Source: Polyangiaceae bacterium (GTDB lineage Bacteria; Myxococcota_A; Polyangia; Polyangiales; Polyangiaceae). Taken from it: 64,000 nucleotides of DNA. This document shows positions 59,041 through 64,000 of this stretch, one piece after another. The translations under genes and the position numbers were made by a program. The DNA lies in the NCBI GenBank assembly GCA_033763455.1, contig JANRKO010000028.1:64001-128000 (forward strand). The letters run 5' to 3'. The notes below the pieces were generated by a model that saw only the letters and a list, made by a program, of their open reading frames with translations, made no database searches and had not been told where the DNA came from. Within the stretch, counting starts at the first letter, position 1; every line of letters begins with the position of its first letter.

Positions 59041-59056
59041 TGGTATGGCATCTGCA
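59041..59056 (+). promoter_or_regulatory. sigma54 promoter-like motif
   Basis: TGGTATGGCATCTGCA upstream of the 59106 ORF. Confidence 0.45.
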
Positions 59057-59105
59057 ACTGCCGCCACGTTGAATCGTTCAATTCGGAGCAAGCGAGGGAC
59101 CGGCC

Positions 59106-59810
59106 ATGCGTCTAGAGGTTGATATTTTTCTTGAGGACGTGATTGAGATCTTGCGCGACCTTTCACCGCTCCACTTGCAGATGGCGTCCGGTGAGGGTGA
59201 GCGCCGCTGGTTGGAACTCCAGGCACCCCGCGCGGACGCCGTTAAGTTAATTGCTGGTGAAGGTATCGAGCTCCGTTCCCGGGCCTCCCTGCGCTATGAG
59301 TTGTCCAAGGTCGCGGTCACCGCCGCGGTTTCGGAGGTGGTGGTCATGCTCCGGCCAACTGTCTTAGATTCGACTCTCGGGGCTCGGCAGCCGCTATTTG
59401 AGGTGCAGCTACTGAGGGCGGAGCTTAACGCCGCTCCAGATGCTTGCTCCGGCCTTGCGGGCGCCGTCCAAGAGTCCTTGGCGTGCGTCAAGCAGAAGCT
59501 CGGATGGGCTTTCGGAGAGGCGCTGTGCATGCGCTTCCAGGTTTCCTCAGGTGCAGATCTTAGCGCGCTATTTTTGGTAAGGGTGCAGGACCGAGCACTC
59601 ACCGTGTCAGACTCATCTATTCGGCTGGTGGTTAATTTTCGTGGGACGTTCTGTCGGAGCGATTTGCAAAAAGCGAGCAATTCGCGAAAAAACACACATC
59701 AAAAGGAACGGCGCGGAACACGCCTCGAAACTGAGCCGCCGTTCGAATCTGCGCAAGGATCCGCGGCAGGCGGGGCAGGCCGGAACTCGGTGACGAGAAG
59801 CTCACGCTAG
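59106..59810 (+). CDS. Hypothetical protein
   Basis: 234-aa ORF with SD-like GAGGGA upstream; no recognised motif. Confidence 0.55.
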   Translation: MRLEVDIFLEDVIEILRDLSPLHLQMASGEGERRWLELQAPRADAVKLIAGEGIELRSRASLRYELSKVAVTAAVSEVVVMLRPTVLDSTLGARQPLFEVQLLRAELNAAPDACSGLAGAVQESLACVKQKLGWAFGEALCMRFQVSSGADLSALFLVRVQDRALTVSDSSIRLVVNFRGTFCRSDLQKASNSRKNTHQKERRGTRLETEPPFESAQGSAAGGAGRNSVTRSSR

Positions 59811-59916
59811 GAGGGTGGGGCGTTTTGCCGCGTGGCGGCTTGGCAGGGCGTGCGCTACTGCCCCGGATATTCCTCGTGAAAGATAGAATTTCACGTTACC
59901 CCTAGTAACGAGAACC

Positions 59917-59932
59917 TGGCGCGCCCCTTGCA
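59917..59932 (+). promoter_or_regulatory. sigma54 promoter-like motif
   Basis: TGGCGCGCCCCTTGCA upstream of the DUF4398-OmpA pair. Confidence 0.6.
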
Positions 59933-59987
59933 CCGGCGGCCGTTTGGGCGCGTTGGGCGCTACGACCTTATTCGAAAGAGGAACCTC

Positions 59988-60377
59988 ATGTCGCTTTTCA
60001 ATCGGTTGCTAAGAGAAACTAAGACATTACTCACGATGGGAGTTGTCTGTATACCGCTCGCGTGCGGTGGCTCCCAGGTACCCACACGGAGCGTCGCCGA
60101 CGCGCGCGCATCAGCAGCGGCCGCTCAAGCAGTAGGGGCCGAGCGGGATCCCCAGGCAGCTCTTCACCTGAAGCTAGCTAACGACAACCTGGCTCGCGCG
60201 GAGCGTCTGATCGCAGAGGAGGAAATGGAGGAAGCGAAGCTTGTATTAGACGAGGCGAAGATCGACGCCGATCTCGCGTTCAAGCTAGCCAAAGTCTCCG
60301 AATCGAAACGGCAAGTCGGGGAAGCGCAAACGCGGCTACAGGAACTTAGTCAACAAGCCGGAGGCGTAACACCATGA
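59988..60377 (+). CDS. DUF4398-like lipoprotein
   Basis: Lipobox PLAC; A...A..VGA...P.AALHL.LA...L.RA...A..DA.LA; SD GAGGA. Confidence 0.8.
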   Translation: MSLFNRLLRETKTLLTMGVVCIPLACGGSQVPTRSVADARASAAAAQAVGAERDPQAALHLKLANDNLARAERLIAEEEMEEAKLVLDEAKIDADLAFKLAKVSESKRQVGEAQTRLQELSQQAGGVTP

Positions 60378-61366
60378 ACACAGTCGGGAAATGGACGACG
60401 ATCTTGGCCGTTCTGCCTGTTGCGTGCGGTACCAATGCGGCAACGCCACAGCTTGTGGATGCCAGGCGAACGTACGAACTCGCTTCACGGGGTGAAGCTG
60501 CGACGCGTACTCCGGCGAAGCTTCTGGAAGCCCAGCAGGCGCTAGAGCGTGCCGAAGCGGTGCATCAAGACGATCCTGGCTCGGAGGAGGAGCGCCACTT
60601 TGCGTACTTGGCTCAGCGCCGGGCCGAGCTCGCAATGGCGGAAAGCGATTGGCTCGCCTCCCAGCAGGCCCTTGGAAGCATCGCAAAATCCGAAGAACTG
60701 ATGACCCAGCGAGGCCTGAAAAATGCGCAAGACCAATTGCGCCATCAGACGGGGCAGATAAAGGACTTGCGGGCCAAGGAGCAACAGCTGAACAACAGCA
60801 AGGCCGCGCTAACGGGAGAGCTTGAAGCGGAACGGAAGGCGCGCTTGAAGGCCGAAGAAACGGCACGGGCTGCGCTGCAAAGTCTCAACGAAATCGCCAA
60901 GGTTAAGGAAGAAGCCAACACGATGACCATCACGCTCTCGGGCGCGGTGCTCTTTACAACCGGCAAATCGACGCTTTTGCCTATCGCGCAGGACTCGCTG
61001 AAAAGGGTGGCCGAGGCGCTCAAGTTGCAATCCCAAGAACGCAGCATTGTGGTGGCCGGCCATACTGATTCTCAAGGCAGTGAAGAATCCAATCAGCAGC
61101 TTTCCCTAGCTCGCGCCCAAGCTGTCCGAGACTACTTGGTGAGCCAGGGTGTCGATGCGAACCGCATTAGCGCCGAGGGTCGCGGTGAAAGCCAGCCGAC
61201 TGCTGACAATGCGACTGCCGAAGGGCGTGCCAATAACCGTCGTGTAGAGATCATCGTTGGCGGCGGCCCAACTGCCGAAAAGGATGCCCAGCCCCAAGAG
61301 CGCACTTTACCCAAGAACACGGGGCATGAACCTGCGACGAACCGTAAAGGCCCTGCGCAGCATTAA
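60374..61366 (+). CDS. OmpA-family peptidoglycan-binding lipoprotein with DUF4398/coiled coil
   Basis: Lipobox PVAC; GHTDSQG....N..LS..RA..V..YL, N.T.EGRANNRRVEI. Confidence 0.92.
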   Translation: MNTVGKWTTILAVLPVACGTNAATPQLVDARRTYELASRGEAATRTPAKLLEAQQALERAEAVHQDDPGSEEERHFAYLAQRRAELAMAESDWLASQQALGSIAKSEELMTQRGLKNAQDQLRHQTGQIKDLRAKEQQLNNSKAALTGELEAERKARLKAEETARAALQSLNEIAKVKEEANTMTITLSGAVLFTTGKSTLLPIAQDSLKRVAEALKLQSQERSIVVAGHTDSQGSEESNQQLSLARAQAVRDYLVSQGVDANRISAEGRGESQPTADNATAEGRANNRRVEIIVGGGPTAEKDAQPQERTLPKNTGHEPATNRKGPAQH

Positions 61367-61533
61367 TACGGTTCGGTGCGAGGGGGGGGGACCGACCTGG
61401 ACCATAACGAGCCGCGATATTCCGTGAGGAAGCTAACCGCAGACAGTCCACGGTTCCAACGCTCTCTTCCCGTAAGCAACGAGGGGTCAGCGCCTCCTAG
61501 CTACTGACCCCTCGCACTCGCTCTCTTTTGCTA

Positions 61534-61920
61534 TTAGCTGGAGCTCTGCACGCCAGTGTGACGTTTTTGAGTGGCAGCCCCAGTTGGGGACTGCGAACTT
61601 CCCTCGCGTCCGAGGAGAGCGGGCACATCCTCTTGGATTTCGCGCAGTTTTTCGCCCGCAGCGGTGCTCAGCTTGTCGAAACGCTCGCCAAGCATTTTGC
61701 GCGTTTCTTGACCGCTGGCGGGCGCCAACAGCAGCGCCACGCCTGCACCAACGACGGCTCCGCCGCTAAACAGCAGAAGCCCTTGGCCAAAGTGGCTCTC
61801 GCGGCGAGAAAGCCCGACGAGACCCAGAAGGTCGTTGGAATTCAGATCAGACACGCTGCGTGCGAGGCGCGTGGTCGCCACGGCACCGCCGATTGACATT
61901 AACAATTTCATGAGTTGCAT
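61534..61920 (-). CDS. YtxH-like protein
   Basis: GAVVGAGVALLLAPASGQETR motif; SD AAGGA. Confidence 0.85.
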   Translation of the reverse strand: MQLMKLLMSIGGAVATTRLARSVSDLNSNDLLGLVGLSRRESHFGQGLLLFSGGAVVGAGVALLLAPASGQETRKMLGERFDKLSTAAGEKLREIQEDVPALLGREGSSQSPTGAATQKRHTGVQSSS

Positions 61921-61979
61921 GGTGTTTTCCTTTGTTGGGTCGCGAAGCCAATTCGCGCTTTTCGTTTTGAACCGCGCAT

Positions 61980-61995
61980 TGCAATTCGCGGACCA
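61980..61995 (-). promoter_or_regulatory. sigma54 promoter-like motif
   Basis: TGGTCCGCGAATTGCA upstream of the ytxH-like gene. Confidence 0.55.
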
Positions 61996-62009
61996 CAAGC
62001 CCACTCGGC

Positions 62010-62025
62010 TGGCACAGGGAGTGCA
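62010..62025 (+). promoter_or_regulatory. sigma54 promoter-like motif, leaderless geometry
   Basis: TGGCACAGGGAGTGCA; ATG 62038 begins 14 nt after the -12 C. Confidence 0.6.
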
Positions 62026-62037
62026 AGCTTGGTGGGC

Positions 62038-62301
62038 ATGACCCAACCACCCTCAATGGCTCCACCCAACCGGACGCACGAACGCTCCGTGGCCTATAAC
62101 CCCGTGAGCGATACAGAAGGGGAATTCAAGGTAGCGCATGCCCACTTCAAGGAAACGCTGCGTGGGGTTCTGCGGGCATCAGAAATTGCCGTTCGACACG
62201 TGTGGCAGCACGGTAAGCCGTTGCTTTTTGGCGTGGCAATTCTGACGTCACCGCACCAACCCAGGTTCCTCGGCTTGATGGAGGAGCTCGGTTACCAATG
62301 A
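62038..62301 (+). CDS. Small hypothetical protein
   Basis: ATG at the predicted sigma54 start site; ATGA overlap with the next ORF. Confidence 0.45.
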   Translation: MTQPPSMAPPNRTHERSVAYNPVSDTEGEFKVAHAHFKETLRGVLRASEIAVRHVWQHGKPLLFGVAILTSPHQPRFLGLMEELGYQ

Positions 62302-62717
62302 CACCCAACAATTCAGACGAAGGCGTTTCGAACGACACTTCGCCCAATAGCGTCGTCTCGGAATACGTCAGTGATCCCCGTCGCTATTCCGATCCAGACG
62401 GCAATCGAGAGCTGCTTCGATTACGTGACGAGGGGCTTGACCCTGCGGCGCTACCTTTACCCGAGATGGACCCACCTCGGGCGGGGGATGCACCAAGAAG
62501 GCCGCTCGAGGAGCTCCTCGTAACGCACATCCGATCGGCGCTCTCAACGGGCCAAGCGCTCTCGGTTGAAGCAAGCGGAGATATGCTGACGATTCGCATC
62601 CCGATCGCGTCGCTTGAAGACAAGCACCAGGTTGAGGCCATTTTGGTCGCCAGTGCCGAACGTGATCGCGGATCTCTGCCAGCGAGTCCGCAGAAACTCC
62701 ACTCGAATAGTTCCTGA
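62298..62717 (+). CDS. Hypothetical protein, weak BON-like C-terminal domain
   Basis: IRSAL....LSVEASGD.LTI...IASLEDK..VE weakly resembles BON. Confidence 0.5.
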   Translation: MTPNNSDEGVSNDTSPNSVVSEYVSDPRRYSDPDGNRELLRLRDEGLDPAALPLPEMDPPRAGDAPRRPLEELLVTHIRSALSTGQALSVEASGDMLTIRIPIASLEDKHQVEAILVASAERDRGSLPASPQKLHSNSS

Positions 62718-62745
62718 ATGTCGTCTCCAGCCACTGCCGAGCCCG

Positions 62746-64000
62746 ATGCACGCTAATGTCACAGGGCCGCCTCGCCTTCAACTCGTGGTGACGAGGGTGT
62801 CCACGTCTGAGGCCGATCACCCCAAGCCCTTGCCGGGAGAGATCTTCTTTGCCGGACAGATCTTAGACGACAAGTATGAGTTGCAGGCACACATAGCGAC
62901 GGGCGGGCAAGCGGTGGTCTGGCGAGCCAGGCACCTTTTCTTAGGTAGGCTAGTGGTCATTAAGGTCCTGCGCCCAGACCTGGCCAACAACGCCAATATT
63001 GTTGAACGCTTTGTTGACGAGGCGCGCGTGCTCGCGGCTCTGGAAAGCGAGCACATTGCACGCATCCTCGACTACGGCCTCTTGGAGCACGGCTTACCCT
63101 TCATGGTGATGGAGTACCTAGAGGGGAGGGACCTGAGGTACCTCCTCTGCGAGGCTGGGCCTTTGCCGGTTAATTGGGCCACATTCTTCATTGCCCAGGC
63201 GTGCGAGGGGCTCGCAGAGGCCCACAGGAATGGGATCATCCATCGCGACATAAAGCCCGAAAATCTATTCGTGTGCGAGCGCACAAAGCGCGTGAAACTT
63301 CTAGACTTTGGCATAGCGATTGCCGTGAATCAGGAGCGCCATCTCACCCATCCAGGCGAGCCCGTCGGATCTCCCAGTTACATGGCGCCAGAACAGTTGC
63401 GGACGCAGGATATCGACCTTCGTGCCGACATTTGGGCGCTAGGTGCTGTGTTGCACGAGCTCATCTCGGGGGAGTGCGCCTTTGACGGAGCGTCGTTAGC
63501 GCAGATCTGCACTGCTGTTCTCACCGCTGCACCCCGCCGATTGAGCGAGTTCCGAGCGGCGGTTCCCGCGGGTCTCCAGGAGGTGGTAGACAGGTGTTTG
63601 TCCAAGGACAGGGCCCTGCGCTTCGGAAACACTCGGGAACTTGCGGCCGAGCTTACCGTGTTTTGCCCCGAGCTAGTGAGCGCTCAGGCATCGGCTATCG
63701 CCCTTTGGGGTGAAGCGCCAGGCCTCCTTTCGGAGGCAGCTGATCCGCAGATCGAGTTAGAGGTGGAATGCGACAGTTCTGAAGCTGATCCAGAGATCGA
63801 GTTGGGGGTTGAGTCCGACGTAGTAGAAGTAGGTTTAGAGGGCTTGGAAGACGCCCCCCGCGATCCCTTCGAACATCGAAAGAACTCGATTCGCGATATT
63901 GACCTGGATTTCAGCGATGCCGCGACAAAAGGTGCGCTATTGGTTCGAGAGCCTAAAGCGCGTTGGGACCTCTTTGTGCTCATCGTAGTGGTTCTGGCGC
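62746..64000 (+). CDS. Hanks-type Ser/Thr kinase (runs off the window end; absent from the ORF track)
   Basis: Manual translation gives KYEL...IATGGQAVVW, VVIK, MEYLEG, HRDIKPEN, DFG, GSPSYMAPEQ, then an acidic linker. Confidence 0.9.
   Translation, partial: MHANVTGPPRLQLVVTRVSTSEADHPKPLPGEIFFAGQILDDKYELQAHIATGGQAVVWRARHLFLGRLVVIKVLRPDLANNANIVERFVDEARVLAALESEHIARILDYGLLEHGLPFMVMEYLEGRDLRYLLCEAGPLPVNWATFFIAQACEGLAEAHRNGIIHRDIKPENLFVCERTKRVKLLDFGIAIAVNQERHLTHPGEPVGSPSYMAPEQLRTQDIDLRADIWALGAVLHELISGECAFDGASLAQICTAVLTAAPRRLSEFRAAVPAGLQEVVDRCLSKDRALRFGNTRELAAELTVFCPELVSAQASAIALWGEAPGLLSEAADPQIELEVECDSSEADPEIELGVESDVVEVGLEGLEDAPRDPFEHRKNSIRDIDLDFSDAATKGALLVREPKARWDLFVLIVVVLA

Overview
GC-rich window, probably from a myxobacterium of the Polyangiaceae/Sorangium type. 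That assignment is inferred from three Hanks-type Ser/Thr kinases, a kinase-PEGA/TPR-Cys-rich lipoprotein module, multi-GAF histidine kinases and many sigma54-like promoters. From left to right it holds: an Mla/Mce ABC operon; the kinase module; an orphan encapsulin-type ferritin; a small decayed accessory patch (vapBC, two orphan exported proteins, an hsdM relic); metabolic and membrane genes; an accessory island at about 22.8-30.1 kb; tamAB; and a 25-kb block of general-stress genes (katE, csbD, yihY, DUF1003, ligD, Gfo oxidoreductase, ferritin-like protein, ytxH-like, ompA-like). Highlights: (1) a signal-peptide + collagen + Hcp fusion with no T6SS genes in the window, overlapping a Rickettsia-PKMT-like methyltransferase gene; (2) about 17 sigma54 -24/-12 motifs, seven lying 13-14 nt before a start codon, which implies leaderless sigma54 mRNAs, plus two back-to-back promoter pairs of identical geometry; (3) an in-frame Ku-start::LigD deletion fusion lacking the ligase catalytic lysine; (4) a PQ-loop/NPPY-methyltransferase/heme-oxygenase-like diiron oxidase operon; (5) an AAA + TOPRIM (DUF3226-like) candidate defence pair next to a group II intron 3' relic. 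All calls come from motif recognition by eye; no database searches were run. No rRNA, tRNA or CRISPR array was seen.
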